A DNA stretch of 64,000 nucleotides from Candidatus Lustribacter sp. (GTDB lineage Bacteria > Vulcanimicrobiota > Vulcanimicrobiia > Vulcanimicrobiales > Vulcanimicrobiaceae). Under the pieces are notes generated by a model. That model saw only the letters and a program-made list of their open reading frames with translations. It was not told the origin of the DNA and did no database searches. Location: assembly GCA_965277805.1 (NCBI GenBank), contig OZ255842.1, positions 1,920,001-1,984,000 on the forward strand, in the 5' to 3' direction. The position numbers and the translations under genes were made by a program. Shown in pieces: positions 1-9,161 of this stretch; position 1 is the first letter of the stretch, and each line of letters begins with the position of its first letter.

Positions 1-223
1 GGTAGACGGCCACCGGCGGCATTCGGAACTCGACCGCGAGAACGACCACGCCCGCGTCGCACAGCGTGCGGCAGAGGTCGGCGGTGGCGGCGGGGCTGCT
101 CGTGGTCCACGCGCCGCCGTGCACCATCACCGCGGCGGGGAACGGTCCGTCGCCGGACGGCTGATAGAGCGTCGCGTTCAGGGCTAAGTCGCCGTGACGG
201 GCGTAGACGAGTTCCGACTCCAT
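1..223 (-). CDS. Alpha/beta hydrolase (HSL-family esterase), runs off window edge
   Basis: Hand translation MESELVYARHGDLALNATLYQPSGDGPFPAAVMVHGGAW...VVVLAVEFRMPP shows the HGG oxyanion motif; TAGCCT lies 6 nt before the ATG. Confidence 0.8.
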   Translation of the reverse strand, partial: MESELVYARHGDLALNATLYQPSGDGPFPAAVMVHGGAWTTSSPAATADLCRTLCDAGVVVLAVEFRMPPVAVY

Positions 224-259
224 CCCCAGAGGCTACCGTGCCGAGGGGCCGGCGTCAAA

Positions 260-880
260 CTAAGCTGAGCGGAGTCCCCGGTTGCGGTAGCCCATCGTTT
301 TCACGAACGCCTCGACGTACTCGGGCTCGAACTGCGTGCCGCTGCAGTTCATCAGTTCGGCCAGCGCCTGCGCCGGCGTGCGTACGCGTGAGTACGGACG
401 AGACACGGTCATGGCGTGGAAAGCGGCGGCGACGGCGATGATCCGCGATTCGTAAGGGATCTCGCTGCCGAGCAGGCCGTCGGGATAGCCGCGGCCGTCG
501 ACGCGCTCGTGATGCGAGCGGATGATCGCGCGGTACTTTTCCAGCTGCGGGAAGCCGGCGACAATCGTGGCGCCGAGATCCGGATGACGGCGCATCTGCT
601 GCCATTCCGACTCATCGAGCGAGCCGGGCTTCTCGAGCACGTGGAGCGAGATTGTCGTCTTCCCGATGTCGTGCAAGCGGGCGGCCGTCACGATGCGGTT
701 GATGCTGATCTCCTCGAGCTCGAGGGTCGTCGCGAGGCGGCGAGCGAGCAGGCCAACAGCATCGAGATGTGAAGCCGTGATCGGGTCGCGCACGCGCACC
801 ATCTGTACAAGTCCGTCGACGATCGCTTGGTCACCGTCGGCCAGAGACGACTGTAGCCAAAGTTCCGTAGCTTTATCCAC
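260..880 (-). CDS. HD-GYP domain protein (stand-alone, one metal ligand substituted)
   Basis: LHDIGK, RRHPDLG, HHERVDGRGYPDGL and IIAVAAAFHAMT. Start moved to GTG 880 because the upstream part of the track ORF overlaps the next gene. Confidence 0.85.
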   Translation of the reverse strand: MDKATELWLQSSLADGDQAIVDGLVQMVRVRDPITASHLDAVGLLARRLATTLELEEISINRIVTAARLHDIGKTTISLHVLEKPGSLDESEWQQMRRHPDLGATIVAGFPQLEKYRAIIRSHHERVDGRGYPDGLLGSEIPYESRIIAVAAAFHAMTVSRPYSRVRTPAQALAELMNCSGTQFEPEYVEAFVKTMGYRNRGLRSA

Positions 881-891
881 GTGTATGTGTT

Positions 892-1803
892 CTAGGCGGT
901 TTGTGCGATACGGCCGCGGTAGCCGAGCATTGCAGTGAATGCGGTGACGAGTTCGGGGTCGAACTGCGTGCCGCTGCCGGCGACGATCTGCTCCATCGCT
1001 TCGTTGGTCGTACGCGTCGTGCGATAGGGGCGGGCAAGCGTCATCGTGTGGAAGGCATCGCACATGGCGACGATCCGGCTCTCGAGCGGGATCTCTTCGT
1101 GCGCGGTTCCGGCGGGATAGCCGCGGCCATCGAACCATTCGCGGGTGGCCCGAACCAGGGGGGCGATTTCGGCCAGCGCCGGCATCGCTTCGAGCGTCGC
1201 GGCGCCGATCGCCGGATAGCTCTGCACTTCTTCGCATTCGGCGGCGGTGAGCGGCATCGGCTTATTCATGATCGAGCGCGAGATGCGCATCTTGCCGAGG
1301 TCGTGCAGCCGAGCGGTGAGGGTGACGCGGGAGACCGTTGCGCTCTCGAGGCCCATGTTAACGGCCAAGCGAGTGGCAAGTTCAGCGGTGATTTCGCAGT
1401 GGTCGGCGAGTTCAGGATCGTGCAGCCGGAGGGCGGCGACGAGGCCATCGGCCTGCGCAGCGGTGGTTGCATCGACGGTGTTCTTCGCGGAAGCCATGGC
1501 ACCCGAGGTGCGCAGATAATCGAGCGCTTCCTGGCGGAGCTTGTTAGCGAAGCGGACGCGATCAGCGAACCCTTCGCCTGGTTGCGTCATCTCGTGGATG
1601 ACGGTGTCGAGCGTACCTAAGATTTCTTCACCGCTTGGCATTCCACGTTCGAAGTCGATCCAGGCGCGAACGCGACGAGGATTGTTCATCCGTTGAGCTT
1701 CGGCCACGATCTTCACGCATGAATCGATCGTGTGGGCAGCCCACGGGAGCGAACGGTACAACGACTGGGGTAGCGATTCGAGAACGTCGCGCGAGACGGT
1801 CAT
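892..1803 (-). CDS. HD-GYP domain protein with uncharacterised N-terminal region (degenerate)
   Basis: LHDLGK, TREWFDGRGYPAG, MCDAFHTMT; ATG at 1803 preceded by GGAAGAGGA. Confidence 0.85.
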   Translation of the reverse strand: MTVSRDVLESLPQSLYRSLPWAAHTIDSCVKIVAEAQRMNNPRRVRAWIDFERGMPSGEEILGTLDTVIHEMTQPGEGFADRVRFANKLRQEALDYLRTSGAMASAKNTVDATTAAQADGLVAALRLHDPELADHCEITAELATRLAVNMGLESATVSRVTLTARLHDLGKMRISRSIMNKPMPLTAAECEEVQSYPAIGAATLEAMPALAEIAPLVRATREWFDGRGYPAGTAHEEIPLESRIVAMCDAFHTMTLARPYRTTRTTNEAMEQIVAGSGTQFDPELVTAFTAMLGYRGRIAQTA

Positions 1804-1849
1804 CTCATCCTCTTCCATAGAAGCAGAAAAAGCGGTGTGAAGCATTGTC

Positions 1850-1933
1850 TTACAACGGGGGAAGAATTGTCGTCTGAATCGTGACGAACGCGACGAGCGC
1901 AAACGCCAGAGCTTGGGCGAGCAGAAGTTTCAC
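1850..1933 (-). CDS. Small 27-aa signal-peptide-like propeptide MKLLLAQALAFALVAFVTIQTTILPPL
   Basis: Hand translation, below the ORF-track size cut-off: GTG start with GAGG 7 nt upstream, MK followed by a hydrophobic core, polar/Pro-rich tail, TAA stop; first gene of the HD-GYP operon. Confidence 0.65.
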   Translation of the reverse strand: MKLLLAQALAFALVAFVTIQTTILPPL

Positions 1934-1967
1934 AGGGGAACCTCACAAGAGTAGAGTGGTCCCCCAG

Positions 1968-2014
1968 ATCGTAAGCCTATCTAGACCGGAATCATCTCCC
2001 AAGATATGGGGAGA
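1968..2014 (-). promoter_or_regulatory. Putative promoter: -10 TACGAT (1973-1968) and 20-bp imperfect palindrome TCTCCCAAGATATGGGGAGA (1995-2014)
   Basis: Palindrome centre lies about 43 nt upstream of the inferred start site, the lux-box/class II activator position. Confidence 0.5.
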
Positions 2015-2027
2015 AAGTGACAAGCCG

Positions 2028-4556
2028 CTATTCGAGCCAGCCCATGTCCTGAGCATAGGCAACGGCCGCAGCGCGCCCAGAGCAGCCAATCTTCGAACAC
2101 GCCGACTTCAAATGGCTGAGCACAGTGTGGCTTGAGCGCCCTAGGCGGTCAGCCACGTCCGCGGTGGTCCCCCCGCTTCGAAGCTCGCGCAAAACTTCGA
2201 GCTCGGTCCTAGTTAACTGCGTAATCGTAGCCGGCGCCAAGATCCGTCTTAAGAAGCGGGCGTGGCCATCGAGCTGAAGCGCGATTAGAGGCTCGGTCAA
2301 CTGACTTAACTGGCGGACTGTCGTCGTTTGCCTCGACGTCGAGCAAATTGTGACGATCACTGTAAGAAGGCTCGCGTCGCGAGGCGTAACAGCTGAAAAG
2401 TCCGGAGTCGGGGCACGACGAGCAGCACGACCGCGACCCAGTAGCCACTGGCCAAGAGAATTATAAACTTGCGCGTATGCCAAGAGCCGACGGCTCTCAA
2501 AATCACTATCTGCGGGCATCAGTATCGGCCGACCAACCAAGGCAGTGGCCTCGTCACGCCTCGACGTAGCTAAAATCAATCCCAAAAGAGCGTCCCTAAA
2601 GACTCGTTCGGACGGTGACAGCGCGCTATTATCTAACGCAGATAACATGCTCACGGCTAATGGCTCGTTGCCGCGACCGGCTGCCCTTATTGCCTTGACA
2701 TAGTGGAGCCACATTAGATTTCTTGCACTACGCTCAGCACCCAGCTCGACGAGACGCCTTTCACTAGCCTCGTAGAGATCGTCGTCCCCTTGATCAGCGG
2801 CAATTACAAGCTGACATTCCAAGCCATGTATCTGCATCGCTCGGTCGCCCGCGGCGATGGCTGATCGTGTGCAAGCTTCTGCATATCTTCTCGAGAGCAG
2901 AGTATCCGGATAAACGGCGGAGGCCACGCCTTGTAAAACGCTATAACCACGAGCAGCGATACTCTCGAGCCCAAGTGAGTGGGCAAGCTGAACGCTCTCC
3001 GTTGCGTATCCTTCCGCGACCATTGGTTCACCAAGGCACCAGTGAGCGTAAGCGAGGCGATGGCTAACGATAGCCCGCATCTCCACTGACCCTGCGTCCA
3101 GCGCGTTAGAGCAAAACCCAATTGCATCTCGCGAAACCGTCACTTCTCCAGCCAATGCACCGGCTACGGCCAAGGCAGCAGCAGCGTTTAATCGGACTGT
3201 TCCCTCAATGTGCTCATCAACCATCAGGGCACGCAACGAGGGTACGGCCTCCTTTGGACGCATAACGCTTACGGACAGATTAGCTGACTGGAGGGTAAGA
3301 GCACCGCGCATTTGGTGCCCAACGTCTCCTTCCAGCGCCCTTTCGAGCTCTCGTTTCGCAACCGCATACGCGCCATCGATCGAAAGCGCGAAGCCGCGCA
3401 AACCTGTTATGATCGGATGATCGCGATAGGCGCGCGGAAAGCGATTGATCGCAGCCAATATGTCCGAGCGTCTACCATTCTCAATGCGATCGATACCGTG
3501 CCGCGTCAGTAGCGCGATTGCTTGGTCCCATGCCTCGGCGCGGATATGCATCGCAATCGCCCCGTCTACATCACCAAACTTCTCGAGGGCACGCGCGAGT
3601 CGCGCAACTAATATCGAATGACGTTCGCTATCTGCTTGACTACGCTCTAAAATGAATTCACGGAACAGCTCATGTACCTTGAAATTACCATTGCCTATTC
3701 GCGACAATAGAGGTAAGCGTAGTTGCAGGCGTTCCAGCGCCAAGCGTGACTCCGGAAAACCGGCCGCACCAAGTATACGGGGCTTCAAATCACTTAGATG
3801 AGCGGCCGCCTCGCAAAGCCCTTGCTCATCGGCTGATAAATGAGACCAGACCTGCTCTTCTATAAATTCAAAAAGGACGCGTCTCGTTCGTATGCGCAAC
3901 GAGGGAAGCGCTTGTGTCCGTTCCCAAGTTCCCAACGATAACCGCACTGCCAAAGGCCAGCCGCCTACGTCGGTTACGAGATCCTGAATCGAACTACTAT
4001 CGATTTGAACGTTTAACGTTAACGCTACCGCGGCGCCTTCACTAACCTCAAATGCGAGGTCCTCTGCGGTAATTGGCAGCGCCATATAGTCTCGCGCCAA
4101 CCAAGTACCAACCGGCAATTCCGGCGTTTCACGCGAAACGATGACCCAACGGACAGTGGGAACGGTTGCTTCAATCACGTGCCGAACAAAGCGGAGACTG
4201 TTGGCGTCTGCCGAGATTCGCTGGAAGTCCTCGAATACGATCGGGGTTTCTACCGATCGCAACCTCTGCGAACACCACTCTGCTAAATGGACTAAATTCT
4301 CTTCCGTTTGAGGTCTAGCGAGGTGTGCACTCAGTGCACGCATTGAACGGGGAGAGACCTTTTCAATCAGAAGTCGCGCCACGGTTTCTGGGGTGACGCC
4401 ATCTTCGGGGAGATAAATCCAATGGGCTTCGGCACCGAATGCATCAGTGGCAGCCTCGCTCTTCCCGAAACCAGCAGGTGCGATGAGCATCGCAAGTCCG
4501 CGATTCGCCGAGTCTTGTAGGGCTTCGGTTATCCGTTCGCGCGGATAAATAGACAT
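2028..4556 (-). CDS. MalT-like STAND ATPase / helical-repeat / LuxR-HTH transcriptional regulator
   Basis: APAGFGKS Walker A, IVFEDFQ Walker B, GGWP, VHELFREF, C-terminal LTRTELEVL...VLSHLKSACSKIG. Confidence 0.85.
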   Translation of the reverse strand: MSIYPRERITEALQDSANRGLAMLIAPAGFGKSEAATDAFGAEAHWIYLPEDGVTPETVARLLIEKVSPRSMRALSAHLARPQTEENLVHLAEWCSQRLRSVETPIVFEDFQRISADANSLRFVRHVIEATVPTVRWVIVSRETPELPVGTWLARDYMALPITAEDLAFEVSEGAAVALTLNVQIDSSSIQDLVTDVGGWPLAVRLSLGTWERTQALPSLRIRTRRVLFEFIEEQVWSHLSADEQGLCEAAAHLSDLKPRILGAAGFPESRLALERLQLRLPLLSRIGNGNFKVHELFREFILERSQADSERHSILVARLARALEKFGDVDGAIAMHIRAEAWDQAIALLTRHGIDRIENGRRSDILAAINRFPRAYRDHPIITGLRGFALSIDGAYAVAKRELERALEGDVGHQMRGALTLQSANLSVSVMRPKEAVPSLRALMVDEHIEGTVRLNAAAALAVAGALAGEVTVSRDAIGFCSNALDAGSVEMRAIVSHRLAYAHWCLGEPMVAEGYATESVQLAHSLGLESIAARGYSVLQGVASAVYPDTLLSRRYAEACTRSAIAAGDRAMQIHGLECQLVIAADQGDDDLYEASERRLVELGAERSARNLMWLHYVKAIRAAGRGNEPLAVSMLSALDNSALSPSERVFRDALLGLILATSRRDEATALVGRPILMPADSDFESRRLLAYAQVYNSLGQWLLGRGRAARRAPTPDFSAVTPRDASLLTVIVTICSTSRQTTTVRQLSQLTEPLIALQLDGHARFLRRILAPATITQLTRTELEVLRELRSGGTTADVADRLGRSSHTVLSHLKSACSKIGCSGRAAAVAYAQDMGWLE

Positions 4557-4710
4557 GCTAAGTCAGCCCTATGCGCTCAAATTGAAGGGAGGCAATGGAA
4601 CTCCACGGGGAAGATCGCGTCGGCCACCAACCCGAGCAATCCTTGAGTGTGTCGGGCAACACTAGGCTAGGGGCTTAGGCACTCGACCGCTCGCGACCCT
4701 TTACGATATC

Positions 4711-7434
4711 GTGACGAATCTAGTCCCAGCGAATTACAAGGTTCCAGCATCAACCGAGAGCCAAAGACCGGACTTGCAGCCAAGCCCCTGCATGGATTCA
4801 GGCATGAAAAAGAGTCCCCAAAGGAAGGTCCGCCCTCTTAATCAGCGCGCTGCAATAAATCGCGAGTTGACGCGACAGAGCTCTGCGCCCGCGAGGCTGC
4901 GGATTATTGAAAGATTACTCTCCGCCACGAGCTATCCGATTACAGCAGTTATCGCGCCGGCGGGTTTCGGAAAAACGACGGCCATCAACGATCTGCTGGA
5001 GCAACAGCGCTCCGCATCCGTTATAATTTCGACCCCGAACGATACAAATATCGAGAAGTTTATGCAGTCGCTCGCACAATCATTTGCTCCTCACTTCCCG
5101 GAGTTGGCAACACCACCCAGCGAAGTTAATGCCGGCGCTCAAAGTGGTGGGAGCAATATCGACCTTTATGTTGCGTGGGCAAACAGGCATTTGCGCGATA
5201 TAAACTTCACGATTGCAGTCGATGATCTGCAGCGTGCGGATCATGACCCGTCAATAGCGGCCTTCCTAACGCGACTTGCTGATATCTCAAAAGACCACCT
5301 AAAGTGGATCTTCAGTTCACGGACGCACGGTCATTTACCGTTGACCCGATGGCAAGCCTATGGTTATGCGGATGCGGCTATCACCGCAGATGATCTCCGC
5401 ATGACTTCAGATGAAGCCAACCAGTTTGCAAGAGCCGTCGGCAGCCCGGCAACGTCAGAGCAAATCGACGAATGGGTCGCTATAACGCAGGGCTTTCCGG
5501 TTCCACTTACCTATGCGATCAGAGTTTCCGCAAGCCGTGGAACCGCCGACGGCATTATGGATGGAACGCGATCAATCACTTTTCGCTTCCTTGCCGAACA
5601 TGTCTGGGAATCACTATCTTCCGAAGAACGTCGCCTCCTTGAACTTGCATCATTTTTACCGCCCTTGCACACTCATCGCTATGAAGAAGCCGGCGTTGAC
5701 AACGCGACCGGGATAATTTCTCGCTTATGCAATGACATTGCATTCCTTTCATTGACCCCCGCCGGAATCTTTTCGATGCACGATTTATTCCGGGACTTCC
5801 TACGTCAACAGATATTAGCAGCCGGATTAACACGACAAAATGAACGATTGAACTGCGCAGCAAATCTATTGCTAAATTCAGGCCGCTTCGACGACGGCTT
5901 TTCTCTTTTGATTGAGTTTCTAAGTCCGGTCGAACTTGCTCATACCATTGAACGATTTCCCTCAGCAAATTGCAATATAGCTGTTACGCGCGACATTGTC
6001 GAATCTACCGGGGAGCTAAAAGTAGAAAGCCTCGGATTAACGCTACTAGTATTGCAGGCTGAGCACTGGTCGTGGATGGGAGACGCGAATAGGGCACAAC
6101 GATACGGTCAGGAAATCCTACGGCGGCCCGACGCATCATCTGGGCAGATGATGAGCGCAATCAGCTCGATTTTTAGAACGACGAATTATCAAGGACAGGA
6201 GGTTCACAAGTATTGGCTCTCAGTATTTCCTTTGATATTTGATCGGCTGGGTGACGCAGATCGGATTTGGGCTCGCGCATACCAAGTTATGTTACTTTCG
6301 CGGTATCCTGAGACCCAGGGAGTAGCCCGCTCATTCGCTAGCGAGGTACTTAGCCAAACCAGCAAGTTATCCGCAAGAGCGCACATTGATGTTCTTATCG
6401 TACTCGGCGTAGCTTTTTACTATCTTAACGATAATGTTGACGGCATGGACGTTTTACGTGAAGCCGCTGACTTGGCTGAATTATTCAGCGATGCGAGAGA
6501 ACGGGCTCGCGCACTTAACAACTACGGGGTGATGTTAGATCGGGTTCGCGATGCGAGGGTGGAGTCGATCTTCGCGCCATTGCGGGACCTCGTAGAGCGC
6601 ACGGGGTCTTGGCGCTTTTCGCACACAAGCCACTGGCTCCCGGCTCAATATTATGCAGTTCAGGGTGATTTAGGTGCGACGAATGAGGCTCTGACGCTCC
6701 AGTCCGCGGTGATCGCGAGCGAAGAGTCCGAAAAGGAGCGTTTGTCTTCAATTCGCCGACATTGCTTAGACCTATGCAATCTGATAAAGGAAGATTATCG
6801 CGCAGTCATTTCCGACTTTGCCTCTGCAACTCCCTATAAACTGCTAGAGTTAGAATACGACCGCCTCGCGTGCGCAGCATTAGCATACGGTTTTTTGTCC
6901 AACACGATTGACTGTGAAAAACTACTTGCAAAATTAAAGCAGCTTCGTCATTCAAGTCCGGTCTTTGCTCTGTACAGCGGTCGCGAGACTATCCTGATTG
7001 AAATTACTGCGTTGTGTATGGTTGGCCGCTGGACCCAGGCAAGACAGTTGAATGAACAATTTAGGGGGCAGATCGCGTCTATAGCACCGCTCGAATACGC
7101 GCTCGAGCTCTTATGTCTTGGGCCACCCTTCTTGAATGTTTCAGCTGCACTCGAGCCTTGTCTCGGGAAACCATATATGGGACTTCCCGCTTTAACCATC
7201 AAAAGGCTGATTGATCGTCAGCTGGCGGATCATTTAAAGCAACACCTGACGGCCGCTGAAATGGACGTGCTTCGCATGGTTACAGCGGGCAAATCAAACA
7301 AAGAGATCGCGAATGCACGCAAGCGTAGTGAGGAGACGGTTAAGCGACAAGTAGCCTCACTATATAGAAAACTAGGCGTCGAAAATCGTACGAGCGCGGT
7401 CGCCGTTGCGCGGGAACGAGGCATCCTAGACTAG
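4711..7434 (+). CDS. MalT-like STAND ATPase / helical-repeat / LuxR-HTH transcriptional regulator (start uncertain, maybe ATG 4792 or 4804)
   Basis: APAGFGKTT, IAVDDLQ, QGFP, SMHDLFRDF, C-terminal LTAAEMDVL...GKSNKEIA...TVKRQVASLYRKLGV. Confidence 0.85.
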   Translation: MTNLVPANYKVPASTESQRPDLQPSPCMDSGMKKSPQRKVRPLNQRAAINRELTRQSSAPARLRIIERLLSATSYPITAVIAPAGFGKTTAINDLLEQQRSASVIISTPNDTNIEKFMQSLAQSFAPHFPELATPPSEVNAGAQSGGSNIDLYVAWANRHLRDINFTIAVDDLQRADHDPSIAAFLTRLADISKDHLKWIFSSRTHGHLPLTRWQAYGYADAAITADDLRMTSDEANQFARAVGSPATSEQIDEWVAITQGFPVPLTYAIRVSASRGTADGIMDGTRSITFRFLAEHVWESLSSEERRLLELASFLPPLHTHRYEEAGVDNATGIISRLCNDIAFLSLTPAGIFSMHDLFRDFLRQQILAAGLTRQNERLNCAANLLLNSGRFDDGFSLLIEFLSPVELAHTIERFPSANCNIAVTRDIVESTGELKVESLGLTLLVLQAEHWSWMGDANRAQRYGQEILRRPDASSGQMMSAISSIFRTTNYQGQEVHKYWLSVFPLIFDRLGDADRIWARAYQVMLLSRYPETQGVARSFASEVLSQTSKLSARAHIDVLIVLGVAFYYLNDNVDGMDVLREAADLAELFSDARERARALNNYGVMLDRVRDARVESIFAPLRDLVERTGSWRFSHTSHWLPAQYYAVQGDLGATNEALTLQSAVIASEESEKERLSSIRRHCLDLCNLIKEDYRAVISDFASATPYKLLELEYDRLACAALAYGFLSNTIDCEKLLAKLKQLRHSSPVFALYSGRETILIEITALCMVGRWTQARQLNEQFRGQIASIAPLEYALELLCLGPPFLNVSAALEPCLGKPYMGLPALTIKRLIDRQLADHLKQHLTAAEMDVLRMVTAGKSNKEIANARKRSEETVKRQVASLYRKLGVENRTSAVAVARERGILD

Positions 7435-7842
7435 CTACGGTAGCGTAGCACTTTGCCAGATGGTGCCGTCGGCGAATGAGACCTGAACGACCCGAACTTC
7501 GGGAGTTCCGTTAACGTCAAACGGGTTCACTGGGAAGCCGTGGCGGATCAGCACGCCTTTCGCGAACCTCCCGACGTCGTTGAATCGATCGACGAAGCCA
7601 TTCGCGTCCACGGCAAAGACGACGTCCGTTGCATCGACGTTCGACTGGTTTTCGAACGTTATTTCAACCGATGCCGGTAGAATGTTCATGTCGTGGATGG
7701 CGTCCTGATAGAAGCCTCCGATAAACTGCGCATTTACGACTTGAATCGAGCCGGCTTCTGCAGCGCTAGCTGAGGGCAGCCCCACCGTAGAGGCGGCGAG
7801 GATCGCCGCCCCGAGGAAAGCCGCCGAAAGTTTGCTGTTCAT
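7435..7842 (-). CDS. Secreted hypothetical protein, probably beta-rich
   Basis: Sec signal ending ASA-A; TACAAT 6 nt before ATG; stop codon abuts that of the convergent regulator. Confidence 0.75.
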   Translation of the reverse strand: MNSKLSAAFLGAAILAASTVGLPSASAAEAGSIQVVNAQFIGGFYQDAIHDMNILPASVEITFENQSNVDATDVVFAVDANGFVDRFNDVGRFAKGVLIRHGFPVNPFDVNGTPEVRVVQVSFADGTIWQSATLP

Positions 7843-7948
7843 GGATCGATTGTACCCAACCTACACCCTCGGTACGGACGGCCAGCATGGGGCCAAGGAA
7901 ATCCGTTCCCGTCGCGAACCGCCGGTTATGGAACGTGCTTTCAACTGG

Positions 7949-9124
7949 ATGACGATTCGGTCGCTACTAGTCGCGATTGCGCTCATGGCCGGCTTCATTC
8001 CGGCAGTCGGGGCAACAAAGCCCGATCCCTACATCATATATGTGATCGATCCGCTCAGCGGGCCGAACGCCTACTTCGGGCAGCAACTCCAACGAGTGCT
8101 CCAGCTCTATGAGAACGTCGCGAACAACAGCGGCGGCATCAAGGGGCAGCCGATTCACTTCCAGTTCCTCGACGATGAATCGAAGGCGCAAGTCGCGGTC
8201 GAACTGTTCGGCCAGCTGGCGGCCAAGCACGTGCCGGCGATTCTCGGGCCCGACTCGCAGTCCGAGTGCCGTGCAGTGCTGCCGCTCACCTCCCACGGAC
8301 CCGTCGTCTACTGCTTCACGCCCGGTATCTTCCCACCGCCCGGGTATTTGTTCTCCGCTGCGGCTGGCATCGATCACACGGAACACGTGCTGCTCAAGTA
8401 CGCGCACGATAGCGGCGCGAAGCGGCTCGCGCTGCTTGTCGAAACCGATGCCACCGGCCAGAGCTCGGACAAACTTCTGCCGCAGACGTTGGCGAAGCCC
8501 GACCTCGCCGGCATGGACGTCGTCGTCACGCAGCACTTTGAGCCGTCAGCGCTCAGCGTCTCGGCGCAAGTCGCCAGCATCAAAGCAGCGAATCCGCAGT
8601 ATCTCTACGTGTCGGCCACCGGCACACCGTTCCAAACGGTGCTGCGCGGGCTAATCGACGGCGGACTGAACATCCCGGTCGTCACGTCGAGCGCAAACAT
8701 GGATCTCAAGGTGCTCACGCCTTTCGGCACGTCGCTGCCGCCGCTGGCATTCAACGCGCCACCGTCGTGGAACGTCGCTGCGATGCATGACAAGCCGCTC
8801 AAAGCGGTTGTCGATGCCTATCAAGGCGCCTACAAGTCCGGCGGCGGCATCCCATCGCCGAACGATGAGATGGCCTGGGATCCAGCGAGCATTATCGTGG
8901 CCTCGCTGCGCAAGCTCGGCACCAGTGCGACGGCAGATCAAATCCACGACTTCATCGAGAACCTGCACGACTTTCCGGGCCTTGGCGGCTACTACGATTT
9001 CCGCACCGGCAACCAGCACGGCTTGGGCGAGGACGCGGTGATCGTCGTGTCTTACGACTCCGCGCACCAGCGCTTCATTCCGGTTAGCAAACCGGGTGGT
9101 GAGCCGCTAGCCTCGCACCCTTGA
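7949..9124 (+). CDS. ABC substrate-binding protein, LivJ/type 1 periplasmic fold
   Basis: Signal peptide, PLSGPNAYFG, GGIKGQPI..LDDES pattern. Confidence 0.85.
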   Translation: MTIRSLLVAIALMAGFIPAVGATKPDPYIIYVIDPLSGPNAYFGQQLQRVLQLYENVANNSGGIKGQPIHFQFLDDESKAQVAVELFGQLAAKHVPAILGPDSQSECRAVLPLTSHGPVVYCFTPGIFPPPGYLFSAAAGIDHTEHVLLKYAHDSGAKRLALLVETDATGQSSDKLLPQTLAKPDLAGMDVVVTQHFEPSALSVSAQVASIKAANPQYLYVSATGTPFQTVLRGLIDGGLNIPVVTSSANMDLKVLTPFGTSLPPLAFNAPPSWNVAAMHDKPLKAVVDAYQGAYKSGGGIPSPNDEMAWDPASIIVASLRKLGTSATADQIHDFIENLHDFPGLGGYYDFRTGNQHGLGEDAVIVVSYDSAHQRFIPVSKPGGEPLASHP

Positions 9125-9161
9125 GCTTGACTTCCAATGTGGACTTTTGAGTTCGTTTGAA

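Noticed and set aside
881-1237. N-terminal extension of the 260..1237 track ORF
   Set aside because: Arg-rich shadow translation overlapping the upstream HD-GYP gene
4595-4678. 27-aa + strand ORF MELHGEDRVGHQPEQSLSVSGNTRLGA between the regulators
   Set aside because: GGAGG is only 2 nt from the ATG and the peptide has no signal-like character; a minus-strand hydrophobic stretch here (LLGLVADAIFP...) lacks a credible start
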